A stretch of DNA of 64,000 bases from Felis catus (lineage: Eukaryota), in the NCBI RefSeq assembly GCF_018350175.1, contig NC_058368.1:60638001-60702000 (forward strand), written 5' to 3'. Below are positions 1-12,199 of this stretch, piece by piece (the stretch's first letter is position 1; each line of letters starts with the position of its first letter). The notes below the pieces were generated by a model. That model searched no databases. It was not told the origin of the DNA and was given only the letters and a program-made list of their open reading frames with translations. Made by a program: the position numbers and the translations under genes.

Positions 1-299
1 TGGGGGAAAGATACTGAAAAGGAATAAATTTTACACCCACATTCTTTGATCATAGAAACCCTAAATAATATTTTAAAAGATCATACTGTGAATAACAGTC
101 TCATCAAGACTTCATAACAAAAAAAATAAGTAAAAAGACCCTTACTCTAAGTTTATCATCTTGTTAATCACAGATAACATAACATCATCTTATTATCAAG
201 GAAAATTTTGGTATGCATTTTTCTTGACTTTTAGGATATATGAAACAAAAATTCAAGTTCTATATTTCTTGTTTCCCACTTAACATGTTAACTCATGAA

Positions 300-928
300 T
301 TTTTTAGCAGCGTTATTGATATCTAATTCACATACTATACAATGCACCTATTTAAAGTATATATGCAATGTTTTTTAGGGTATTCAAAGATATGTGCAAC
401 CATCACCACAGTCAATAGAACATTATTTCACCTCAAAAAGAAGCCCTGTTTCTTTTAGCTATCATTTCCCTATAATCTACGCTCTCCCAAAGTGTCAATC
501 TAATACAATTACCTAAATAGTAATCTACTTTCTGTGTCCAAAGATTTCCCTGTTCTGGACATTTTATATAAATGAAATTATATAATACATTTAATATGTG
601 GTCTTTTGTGAGTGGCTTCTTTCACTTATCATGTTTTCAAGCTTCTTCCATGTTGTAATATGGATTAGTACATCATTTTTTTTTGTTTGTTTTGTTAAGA
701 GAGAGATAGCATGAGTGGAGTAGAGGAGCAGAGGGAGAGGCAGAGAGGGGGGGGGGGAGGGAGAGAGAATCTTAAGCAGGCTGTACACTCAGTGTGGAGA
801 TGGACATGGGACTCGATCCCATGACCCTGGGATCATGGCCTGAGCACAAATCAAGAGTTGGATGCTCAACTGACTGAGCTACCCAGGTGCCCCACATCAT
901 TGTTTTTTATTGCTAAATAATGTTTGTT
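300..928 (-). mobile_element. Old L1M (L1MB-like) 3' end, interrupted by a SINE
   Basis: Antisense L1 3'UTR motifs (ttattgatatctaattcacatac...tgtgcaaccatcaccaca...tctactttctgtgtc...tggcttctttcacttatcatgttttcaag), resuming after 893. Confidence 0.75.
678..893 (-). mobile_element. Can-SINE (SINEC)
   Basis: Ends in ...cccaggtgcccc (revcomp of the SINE head); GA-rich tract and T tail; TSD acatcatt at 670-677 and 894-901. Confidence 0.92.
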
Positions 929-1077
929 CATACATATATATATACATATATATATACATGTATACATATATATACATATATACATATATACATATATATA
1001 CATATATACATATATACATGTATACATATATATACATATATACATATATACATATATATACATATATACATATATAT
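929..1077. repeat. Compound (TATATACA)n/(TA)n microsatellite
   Basis: Seen directly in the sequence. Confidence 0.97.
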
Positions 1078-1522
1078 AATTTTATGTGTGTATAATACAT
1101 ATAATTTGTTTTATGTAATTGTTTTTTAAAACGTTAAATAGAAGAAAGAAGGAAAATATGCCTTCAATGGTGTCTATTATAATTCCATAGTTAATTTTAC
1201 TAGTGTTCTTCGTCTGATATTCAGGATAAGAGGAAAAATTGAACAATTTTTCACTTGAAGGAAATTCCATGAAGTAAAAGGAGAATTTATAAAAGTACAC
1301 ATATTACAGTCAGGGCAGCATTGGTCATAGCAAGCACACAGAGTAGGGAATAATCCTTTAGTGAAGGGTTTGATGAAGTCCTGGAAATGTAAGTGACGTG
1401 AAATGGCTTTTATGAGCGAGAGAGGTATTCCAGGACTATCTGGAAAAAATGTGTGAAGGGGCATGTCATATTTGTATAAAATGGTGTCATGGCTGCTCCT
1501 TGATTTAAAGAAGGATAAGTAT

Positions 1523-1743
1523 GGGGTGCCTGGGTGGCTTAGTCAGTTAGGTGTCCGACTTCAGCTCAGGTCATGATCTCACAGTTTGTGAGTTCAAGCC
1601 CCGTGTTGGGCTCTATGCTGACATCTCAGAGACTGGAGCCTGCTTCAGATTCTGTGTCTCCCTTGCTCTCTGCCCCTCCCCGGCTTGTGCTCTGTCTCTG
1701 ACTCTCTCAAAAATAAACATTAAAAAATTAAAATTAAAAAAAA
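1523..1743 (+). mobile_element. Can-SINE (SINEC_Fc-like)
   Basis: ggggtgcctgggtggcttagtc head, CT tract, AATAAA, A tail; degenerate TSD aagg(a)taagtat. Confidence 0.95.
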
Positions 1744-2216
1744 GGTAAGTATTAGTAATATGCTACATAGCCTCCAAATGAGAATATATTACTATACAAT
1801 GATTGTTTCATCCACATCATTTGTAATCTGAAATATTTTCATTTCTGTTTACTTCCAGCCCCACACCTTGTAAATAGATGCATTTAGAGTTTGAAAAGAT
1901 ATTGGAACATTATTATATTTGAATAAATTTTCCAAAGCCTAAATTTTACAAGCTTCTGCAATGAAAGAATTAGTAGAAGCAAATTAATTACTCACCTCCT
2001 TGTTTAAAGTTCTGTTTCATTGTCAGCTGGGAAGTTTAGAAAACTTTATATAAAATGAGTTTTAATGAGTTATGCTTCCTTTAATGCTAGAATGAGGAAA
2101 TACAGTTTTCTCAAAACTGAGGAATAAAACATATTTCTTAAATTTTAACCATTTGAAGATTTTAGAAAAGTTAAAATAAAAGACATAAGAAGGAAACATA
2201 GAAATGTATTTATTTT

Positions 2217-2400
2217 GGGGGTGCCCAGCTGGTTCAGTTGGTTAAGCATGGACTCTTAATTTTGGTTCAGGTCACAATCACACGGTTAATGAGTTCAAAC
2301 CCCACATCCGGCTCTGCACTGGGTGTGGAGCCTGCTTGGGATTCTCTCTCTCTCTCCCAATAAATGAAATAAATGAAAATAAACTAAACATAACAAAACT
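2217..2400 (+). mobile_element. Can-SINE, shortened 3' part
   Basis: SINE head with A/B-box-like motifs, ggagcctgcttgggattctctctc, A-rich tail. Confidence 0.88.
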
Positions 2401-2475
2401 TAACTACATTGGACATTTCTCCTGACTAGTATATAAGTTTATGAAAACTAAATTAACTGCCAAAACCATTTATCA

Positions 2476-3068
2476 CGTTAACAAGAAACAGTGCAGAAAG
2501 AGGGAAAAACACTGTGTTTGTGTATGTGCCCACACACGAGCCAGGACAGATGTGCTTTGACCAAGATGGCATTAAATTTCTGTTCATTCAACTAAGCATT
2601 AGGTTTCTTCCTGAATACAGGCCTCTGAACTCCCGTTTTTTTAGAACTTTTACTTTAGAAAATGTGAGACTGTCAAGTTTCCTCTACTCTTTAAGATGTA
2701 AATCATCTCCCCACCTCTTGCCAGGAATTAAGGAATGCCATTCTTAAGGACCTGGAAGCCATCCCTTTGAAATATGATCAAGGAAGGTAATGCCTTATTT
2801 ATAATCATCAAGGAGAGTAGGATCCCAGCTTCTGTAAGAGCCATCAGCAAATGAATGTAGCCTAATCACGTTGACCAACTTACCCCTAATGTCCCTCAGT
2901 GCTTTCCCACTGTCTCACCAAGTGATTAAAAACTCTCCTGGTTTTTGTTTCCACAGAGTAGAGTTCATGCTTTCTCCCTATGCCAATAGCCTTAACCCTA
3001 TTGCAATAATCCTGCCTAAAACGTTTGTTGCCTGTGTAACCCTTTCTGGGTACAAATTTTCTTTAACA
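2476..3068 (+). mobile_element. ERV1-class solo LTR, MER34/MER39-like
   Basis: Motifs aaggacctggaagccatccctttgaaat and tttactttagaaaa; ends ...ttctttaaca (LTR CA end); family assigned from memory. Confidence 0.6.
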
Positions 3069-3171
3069 GCACATATATTCCTCCACTTCACTTGGAAACA
3101 GGAGGTGGAATGGTATATGGTATTTTCTCCTCCATTTTCTAGATAATAAAATTAAAGAGCCATATGTTTCT

Positions 3172-3190
3172 TGGCCACTAGGTGGCGAAT
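3172..3190 (+). promoter_or_regulatory. Candidate CTCF binding site
   Basis: TGGCCACTAGGTGGCGA closely matches the CTCF core CCAC(C/T)AG(G/A)(G/T)GGCG. Confidence 0.65.
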
Positions 3191-5015
3191 GTTTTAATTT
3201 CACTTTGTCCACTTGCCCTAAAGCATTAGATCAAATCACAAACTAATATTTTAAAATACTTTTATCCAAAATAAGAATTCAATCACTGAAATACACAGAG
3301 TATGAAACTATTTTAAACATTATATAGATAGTCTTAAATCACAAGTGCTGCTTTTAGCACTGAAATTATTTTTCCATCTCCCATTTTAAGCACTATCTGT
3401 TCAAAATCCTCAAGACGCCTTTTTTCATCTTCTCTGCATCTATTATAACAAGCATGTAAGAAGAAAATACAGTTTCCTCTTTGTAAACGTATGAATTAAG
3501 TTGACTTCAGGCGGAATTATGAAATGTCTTCCCTATGTTCCCAGGTTCCAAGGACAATCTTCTTGGGTTTGTTTCTATTCAAAGAATTTCAAGTTGTAGA
3601 TCAGCAGGATCATGTGACTGAAACATATCTCTGGGAGACACAAAGAAGCATATCTCTGAATGGAGCGTCACCTTACGATCATTACATTCATGGAGGCTTT
3701 CAGTGGGCTTGCACCTTGCACTCTTGTCTGTAATATCGATACAGTCCTATTATATGATATTTTCTATACATAAAAGTTCCTAGGCCAGGATAGAAAATAT
3801 TTGTAAAAACAAAATGAAAAAAATCGGACACCATAAAATGTCATTGTTTATAGATAATATGTTCCCCAAATTATGTCAGAAACCTATCTTATTATTCTTC
3901 AAGCCAGATTATTTTACATTATTTCTATCCTCACATTATATTATAGACATTCATGAATAATCAAGTGCAATGAACTTAAGTGAGCAGTTCAGTATGACGT
4001 TGTGCGTTTTCCATTCTTTCGTACATATTACAGAATCTGCATTGAAATATCAGAAGGCCTGAAGTTATTTTACATTTTCTTTGAGTTAAGCCTGGCAACC
4101 GAGTGTGACTTACAATGATAAGCTGCTTCTGCTGGAGCCCATCAATCCTGGGCAGTAAAACTATCCAAGAGTTTAAAAATTTAAATCAGAGAGATGAAAA
4201 GCAAGCCATAACTACCAGGCATGTTAAGTATTTCAGAGGACTTTGGCTGTTGTTTTAGTCTCTAGCTAGATTGGTGTGAAGGTATATTCTCTCTTACTAA
4301 ATAGAGACTTTATAACAACTGGAATATAAAGAATAGGGCCAATTCTTATTTAATGGATAAAGATTATGATATTCAAAAACTCTTCCAGATAATGACAGGG
4401 CAAAATCCAAAAACAATCTTTCTCCAAATGTCCTATATTCATGATTCCCTTAAGCCCTACTCATTCCCTTTACCAAGATTACAAATATCCATTCTTCTCA
4501 CCACTATCAATCCCTTCAATCCTTAGATCAGTATTTTCACAATGAAAGCATGCAACTTGAGGAATATTGATCACAGAATGTTGAAGTCAAGTATTAGCCT
4601 GGCTGGTTGGCATAAACATTCTCCTTCCATTTTCCTTTCACTGGTTATAGGGACAGTATTCATTATATCACCAAAATCAGAGCTGTTAAGAGTTACACTA
4701 TACCTGTGGTACTCCATGAATTAGTGTTGGTCTACAAACAACCATGATATGAGCATGTCATTTGAGAGAAAACTTTCATTGCAATTTTCTATAAGGGACA
4801 TTTGCATGCAAAGTATAACCAGTAAGTTTTCAAAACCTCTTTGAATTTCTTTGACAGAAAGGGAACCGTATTTAAAGCTGATAGAAGACAGAATGCAATA
4901 TTTCACATAACAAACTGAATTCTTTGTGCTTCTTAATAAATTAAGACTAAAACAAATACTTATACACAGTTGTTAAGACACTAGCCTTAGCCATCATTGA
5001 AAATATGTCATTGGA

Positions 5016-6640
5016 TGCACAGAAATCAGTTGCATTCTTATACACTAATAATGAAGCAACAGAAAGACAAAGAAACGGATCCCATTCACAATTGCATCAA
5101 GAAGCATAAAATACCTAGGAATAAATCTAACCAAAGATGTATGCTGAAAACTATAGAAAGTTTTGAAGAAGACCAAAGCAGGAGGCATCACAATCCCAGA
5201 CTTTAGCCTCTACTACAAAGCAGTAATCATCAAGACAGCATGGTATTGGCACAAAAAACAGACACACAGACCAATGGAATAGAATAGAAACCCCAGAACT
5301 AGACTCACAAATGTATGGCCAACTCATCTTTGACAAAGCAGGAAAGAATATCCAATGGAAAAAAGACAGTCTCTTTAACAAATGGTGCTGGGAGAACTGG
5401 ACAGCAACATGCAGAAGATTGAAACTAGACCACTTTCTCACACCATTCACAAAAATAAACTCAAAATGGATAAAGGACCTGAATGTGAGACAGGAAACCA
5501 TCAAAACCCTAGAGGAGAAAGCAGGAAAAGACCTCTCTGACCTCAGCCATAGCAATTTCTTACTTGACACATCCCCAAAGGCAAGGGAATTAAAAGCAAA
5601 AATGAACTACTGGGACCTTATGAAGATCAAAAGCTTCTGCACAGCAAAGGAAACAACCAAAAAAACTAAAAGGCAACCAACGGAATGGGAAAAGATATTT
5701 GCAAATGACATATCGGACAAAGGGCTAGTATCCAAAATCTATAAAGAGCTTACCAAACTCCACACCCGAAAAACAAATAACCCAGTGAAGAAATGGGCAG
5801 AAAACATGAATAGACACTTCTCTAAAGAAGACATCTGGATGGCCAACAGGCACATGAAAAGATGCTCAACGTCGCTCCTCATCAGGGAAATACAAATCAA
5901 AACCACACTCAGATATCACCTCACGCCAGTCAGAGTGGCCAAAATAAACACATCAGGAGACTATAGATGCTGGAGAGGATGTGGAGAAACGGGAACCCTC
6001 TTGCACTGTTGGTGGGAATGCAAATTGGTGCAGGCAGTCTGGAAAACAGTGTGGAGGTTCCTCCAAAAATTAAAAATAGACCTACCCTATGACCCAGCAG
6101 TAGCACTGCTAGGAATTTACCCAAGGGATACAGGAGTACTGATGCATAGGGGCACTTGTACCCCAATGTTTATAGCAGCACTCTCAACAATAGCCAAATT
6201 ATGGAAAGACCCTAAATGTCCATCAACTGATGAATGGATAAAGAAATTGTGGTTTATATACACAATGGAGTACTACGTGGCAATGAGAAAGAATGAAATA
6301 TGGCCCTTTGTAGCAACATGGATGGAACTGGAGAGTGTTATGCTAAGTGAAATAAGCCATACAGAGAAAGACAGATACCATATGTTTTCACTCTTATGTG
6401 GATCCTGAGAAACTTAACAGAAACCCATGGGGGAGGGGAAGGGGGAAAAAAAAGAGGTTAGAGTGGAAGAGAGCCAAAGCATAAGAGACTCTTAAAAACT
6501 GAGAACAAACTGAGGGTTGATGGGGGGTGGAAAGGAGGGGAGGGTGGGTGATGTGTATTGAGGAGGGCACCTTTTGGGATGAGCACTGGGTGTTGTATGG
6601 AAACCAATTTGACAATACCCTTCATATATTGAAAAAAAAA
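5016..6640 (+). mobile_element. Young 5'-truncated felid LINE-1 (3' part of ORF2, 3'UTR, polyA)
   Basis: ORF2 C-terminus, G-rich 3'UTR, A9 tail; ~17-bp TSD at 4999-5015 and 6641-6657. Confidence 0.97.
5311..6408 (+). pseudogene. Open C-terminal 365 aa of L1 ORF2p including the Cys-rich CCHC motif; lacks the endonuclease and RT core, so non-autonomous
   Basis: [29 protein letters not shown] and [20 protein letters not shown] are hallmark ORF2p sequences. Confidence 0.93.
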
Positions 6641-7774
6641 GAAAATATGTACTTGGACAAGAGTTAATTTATGGCCAAAAAAGTTAGCTGAAGCATCAAT
6701 TTCCAATGACATCATAGCTGATAGTCTGGCTAAGTCATATATCAAACACATTTAGCAATGTAGCTTTCATTGTAATATGATGAATGCATAGACTCTAACA
6801 TAGACATTTTTTCAGCATATGTTCAATTTGATATAATGGTGATTGAAAAAAATGATATGTTTTCAGCTTAATTGCTCATAAATAGTAATACTGAATTGAA
6901 CTATGAAGGTTTACATTGTTAATATATGTAATTTGGAGTTTAAGACTTGTTCTGTAATATAATCTGATGACACCACTACAATTACAGAAAAACATACTAG
7001 AATAGTTATCCACATTAAAGAAACCTATGCCAGGATATAAATCACCAGATTGCTTCCTTCATTGAAGAAGTATTTCTGTGAAAAAAGAAAGTCAACTGAA
7101 ATAAACAGTATGTTTAGTGGCATCATAAAATTGCAAATGATGAAGAGGCTAGTATATTATAAATTATATAAAATATAATATCACTAACAATTGTTCTGTT
7201 TTATATAATAATATAAAAGTCAATTATAAGCAACTGATAATACATATTAAAGTAGGAAGGATATCCTGGAGAAATCCTATCAGGAATGTTTGAACTATGG
7301 AATAAACGTGTAGTGTATCTGCAAGATTAAAACCAATTTGGTCTTAATTTTAAAAGATATTCACTGAATAGCAGGACTACTTATTTTCCTGATACTAATT
7401 ATTTTTAATTACTTATTTTAAAGTTATTTTTATATTTCCATCCAAGAAAAAGAAGGCAATATGTTTTTAAATGGAAAATAAGAGAGAGTTTCTATAGCAA
7501 GTTATGACATGTTCCATAATTTAACAGTGTTTAATAATGATGTAGGTAATGATCTAAATACATGACATGTGCTAAATTTATCATCAAATACCATATAAAA
7601 CATTTTTGCCTTTTACTTTATATGAAATAAACATCTTCACACAGGAAATTCAAGGATCCAAATCCATTTAAACTATAATATAATTTTAATTTAGACTTAT
7701 AGAACAATGTTGAAACATGCCCTCGGTTAAGGGTTGGAAATTAAGTTTAAAACTATAGCCTAGCTTATTTACTT

Positions 7775-7860
7775 ACATATATGAAATATATATATGTACA
7801 TATATATATACACACACACATATATGTGTATATATGTGTATACACAGATATATATTTATA
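7775..7860. repeat. (TA)n/(CA)n/(TG)n low-complexity repeat
   Basis: Seen directly in the sequence. Confidence 0.85.
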
Positions 7861-8159
7861 AATTAAAATTCCTGAATTTTAAACAAATTTCTTATTCAAT
7901 CCCATCATATTTCCTTTGGAAGGTGGTACTTTGACAATTTCTATAGTTTTATGCATTGAAATATCAGAGAAAACATTAAATTCCAGCCAAGATGACATCC
8001 CCTTGACCAGATTCACTCTTTCCTGAAACAGATAAAATAAATGAAACAATTTTAAGACAATAGACATGAGAACATGAACAGGAGTGATCCCTAAGAGATG
8101 AACACAAATGAGGTGAGTTCTAAGATTGTCTCAGTTTACTACATTGAGGGGACTTCCTA

Positions 8160-8438
8160 ACTGCTGTGTGGAATTTGGAGCCTAGGTTGAACCTACAAGT
8201 TCCTTAGGTGAAGGAGATGGAGTTGAGTATCCACAGAAGCCAAGGCAGTTAGTTTGCAAGACAGAGAAGCAGAAATAAGAGAGATTCATGGAGAGAGGCC
8301 CCTTCATGTGTTCAGCTGAGTACTGCTTAGCATATGTAAGTGAAGAAACTATTGGAGCCTGGGAAAACAACCATCTGTCCTCACAGGTAATAGTAACTGG
8401 AGTTGATACAGAGCTCAGAATAGTGCCTGTTCCCACCT
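8160..8438 (+). mobile_element. Ancient L1M 5'-region fragment (L1MC/MD/ME 5end-like)
   Basis: Motifs tgtgttcagctgagtactg and gaatagtgcctgttcccacc, recalled from old L1 5' ends. Confidence 0.5.
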
Positions 8439-8439
8439 G

Positions 8440-9225
8440 TGGAGGAAATGGGATGCTCATACATTGCTGGTGGGCATAAAAAAGAGGTATTGCCATTTTG
8501 GTAAAGAGTTTGGTAGTTTCTTATGAAGTTAAACAAACACCTTTTGCTCCAACCATTCTCCTAGACCCAAGAGGAAAAAAAAAAAAGCATAGATCTTTAC
8601 AAAGACTTTTATACGTAACAGCTGTACTCATATTAACATCTCAGGATACAATCTAGGTAAATGGATAAACGAATCTATTGAATGTAATACTACCAAACAA
8701 TAAAAATGAATGCACACTTGTGATGAACACCGGATGTTGTATGCAAGTGATGAATCACTAAATTCTCTACCTGAAACTAGTATATCACTAAATTCTCTAC
8801 CTGAAACTAACATACACTGTATGTTAACTAATAGGAATTTAAATAAAAACTTAAAAAAATAAGTGAACAATGAATACATGCAACAACATAAATGAATCCC
8901 GAAACAATTATCCTGTGTGAACATATTCAGACAGAAAATACACACATAATATAGTGTTCCATTTACATGAAATTCTAGAAACTGTAAGCTAATCTATTGT
9001 GACAGAAAGTAGATCAGTCATTTCTTAGAGACCAATAGAGAGGGTGTGGCAGGGAAAGATCCCAACAAATCCTGAGTAAAATTTGGGGGGGGGTTGGAGA
9101 TGTTGATTATCTTGATTATGATATTTCATGGATGTATGCATATGTCAAAATTTATCAAATTATACACTTTAAATATATGTGGTTTTTATATTTATATTAT
9201 TGTTTAATAAAGTTGTTTTAAAAAA
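8440..9225 (+). mobile_element. Old L1M (L1MC/ME-like) 3' end
   Basis: ctcatacattgctggtggg...agtttggtagtttcttatgaagttaaac...ccatttacatgaaattctagaa...aataaagttgttttaaaaaa. Confidence 0.75.
8712..8860 (+). mobile_element. Short carnivore L1 3' terminus nested in the older L1M
   Basis: cacttgtgatgaacaccggatgttgtatg...gaatttaaataaaaacttaaaaaaa; host L1M continues on both sides. Confidence 0.8.
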
Positions 9226-9264
9226 GCATAGAAGCAGTTTACACAATTTGCACATTATTCCGTA

Positions 9265-9389
9265 GGGGTGCCTGGGTGGCTCAATTGGTTGAGTGTCCTG
9301 ACTCTTGATTTCAGCTCAGATCATGATCCCAGGGTCGTGGGATCAAGCCCCACTTTGGGCTCCACGCTGAGCATGGAGCCTGGTTTAGG

Positions 9390-9436
<47 letters not shown>

Positions 9437-9520
9437 TTTCTCACCTTCTGACCCTCCCACACTAGCGTGTATGCAACCGCTTTGTCTCTCTAAACTAAAA
9501 AAAAATAAAAATAAAAAATA
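9265..9520 (+). mobile_element. Can-SINE (older subfamily) with long (CT)n
   Basis: Head, gatcccagggtcgtgggatcaagcccc, (CT)n, A tail. Confidence 0.93.
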
Positions 9521-12199
9521 TAATTACACACGATTCCCTTAGTGCAGCACTGTGATCAATCCAATTGCAAATAGGTAAGTTTAAAAAGAAGCAAGCTCGC
9601 TTGTCATATTAAAATCTTAAACAATTGGCACAGTGTTGCTAGTTCAAGTTATGTATATAGGTAGTTGGTATAAACAGCTGCTATTCTACTCAAAACTTTG
9701 TTTAGTTATAATTTCACAATGCTTAAATTTAAAGTTTAGATAATTACTTGTTTGTACCCTTTAATGAGGAATGTATACAGCTTTGTAGGATTTTTCATTT
9801 TTCTTACATTTGCTCTTACATTCCTTTAATGCAAGTTAATGTCTGCTGCACCTGGTAACAAAAATAAATTAAATTTTTATACCTTTTTATTTTCACTTTA
9901 TTTTTTTATACCTTTTTATTTTCACTTTATTTTTCTAGTAATTCATTTCTATTTACACAGGCATTGGTTCAGGAAACTCAGAGGGCTAGGGAAGGACTGA
10001 ACTAGGCTCCTTCCTCTATTCGCTTTCCACCAATGAAGATGAATGCTTTTAAAGTCTGCTGCTTCAGTGTCTCTCAAATTTGTTTCTTCCTTTGCAAACC
10101 AAAGGGGATATTTTTTCTTCTCTCCTACCCTTCCTCCCTTCCTTCTGTGCACCCTTCATTTGGTTCCCTACACGTTAAAAAATCTAGCCATTCTAATAGC
10201 CTTTGAACTAGTTTGGGGGGCTTTCACCAACAAGTCTTTGATTGTAATGTTTCCAGAGATTGGAAGAGTGATTTTGAATTATTACTTTGATTTTGTACCA
10301 GTCAGAAAGGATCTCTGTATATTCTATTCCCCCCCCCCAACCTTTGTTTATGTCTCCATTGTAGTTCTGTTCATGGTACACCTTCTTTTGGAGTTCCTTG
10401 AAGGTGGTACCAATACCATCTTCTTCTCCAAATTCTAGCACAGTGTATTTTATGTTGAACTATGGGATTTACTTCCCAGCCCATCTCTGCAATCATGTTC
10501 TTCCTGTACAAATTCTACTTGTTTTTTACAACTGAACTAAAGCATATCACAAGCTCAACAAGAAATTTTCATGTTCTTTCCTGAGAATACTCACTTGGGC
10601 CTCCCATTTGTTCATTTACATAACTAATTTATAAAAATATAACATAATAATAAAACAACTAACTACCACTTTGTTATTAAATGATAGATAATTTGCCAGG
10701 TGCCAGGTATATTACCTCTAAACTTCAAAACCAGATATTTTGCAGATATCTTTGTGTTGTGATACATCATGCTATCTTTTAACTGTAAATTTATTATTCT
10801 TTTCCATACTAGATCTGAGTAACTAGCTGGTAGAAATTCTGACCACTCCAGCAGAGTATACCCTGGCACCAGGCAGATGTTAAGAAAAGTTCAAATAATT
10901 AAGCAATCAGGTACAAAAACAATAACTAAAGAAGAGTGTAAAACGAGATAATATTTTTTTCTCTTAAAATAATTTTTAAGTATTTCTACCATATCCCAGC
11001 AAAAATCACAAAAAGCAAGTGTTCATAGGGACACACTTATTTTGGACAGGTACCATTTGCCAATTCACACATGGCATATCTCTTCAAATGAAATTTTATA
11101 TATATACATATATCTACATACAAAAAGATATAGTTATATATTTAGTGCTAGCGTTTAAGTTATATCTGGGACAGACAGCAGATCTTAACAACTATAGGCT
11201 GTTATATCTAATTAGTTTCATATAGTTAGTTAAATTACCAAATCATTGTGGCTTGGTGAAGACTTAATCTAAAATCAGTTGGTGGAGTCATCGTGTAGAA
11301 ATATCAAGGTTTTTATTGTAAGCATAAAAGAAGATTTCTCATCTAAGTAGTATGAGTAGAATACATTAAAAAATGCATTTAAAAATCAATATTACATTTT
11401 ATGTTTAATGCAGGTCAGTGACAGCATATCTCAGTGGAACCAAAGGATGTTTTCCCTGAAGGTGACACAAAAATTCTCTATTTCTTAATGCACATTACAG
11501 TTCACTGAACTTCTCTATTATCTAATTCTGAAATGCCCTGGTTCATGACAAGCGGCTTCATAGGCAGTGAGATCCTCAAGACTGAATAGGATGGAAAGCA
11601 AATTTCTGGTCACTACCCAGGTTTTCTTTCAGCAAGTGGTGTCTTCTGTCTTGGGCCCTGCTGTTCAGCAAAATTACTATTCAGGTTAGTCAAGAAGCAT
11701 TTCATATGTATAATAAAAGTTCTCTTTTGTTTTATAAAGGGACATTATTCTCATCTCTATTCCTATTCCATTGCATTTTTTTACATCTTATGTTGTCTTA
11801 TTTGTTGCTTTTATTTCATATCCTTTTATATCCATCCAGGGCATAGAAATCATGATGACAGCAAATGACTGTGTATTTTCCAAAGGTCATTTCTCCTTTG
11901 ACCCCAAAACTGTGGTAGTGTTTAATGAATATATTCTCAAAAATACCTGAAATCTATTTTAGTTGTATCTTGGGATCTGTTAACCCACTGTATTATAATA
12001 TTAGCCCTGTACCATTATTTCAAGCTTATAAGTAAGATGTTAGAAATTAGATTTGTAAATAGTATGATTACATTTTTGTTACTCTCTGTACCTTGTGAAA
12101 TACAAGGATGTCATAAGCTTGTTTTTGCTTAACAAAATCACCCCATGTTTTGGATGTATTTGTTAAAATTTCATGTTTTCAGGTACCATATATCCTAGT

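Noticed and set aside
866..1129. Overlapping Y/I-rich ORFs
   Set aside because: Translations of a microsatellite
5311..6408. 365-aa ORF as a host or domesticated gene
   Set aside because: It is the C-terminal L1 ORF2 within a TSD-flanked, 5'-truncated young L1; youth explains the open frame
5151..6751. Minus-strand ORFs of 73-139 aa
   Set aside because: Antisense frames of L1, expected from its composition
10043..10441. 131-aa hydrophobic ORF and its antisense ORF
   Set aside because: No recognisable domain or splice context; T-rich, partly L2-like decayed sequence
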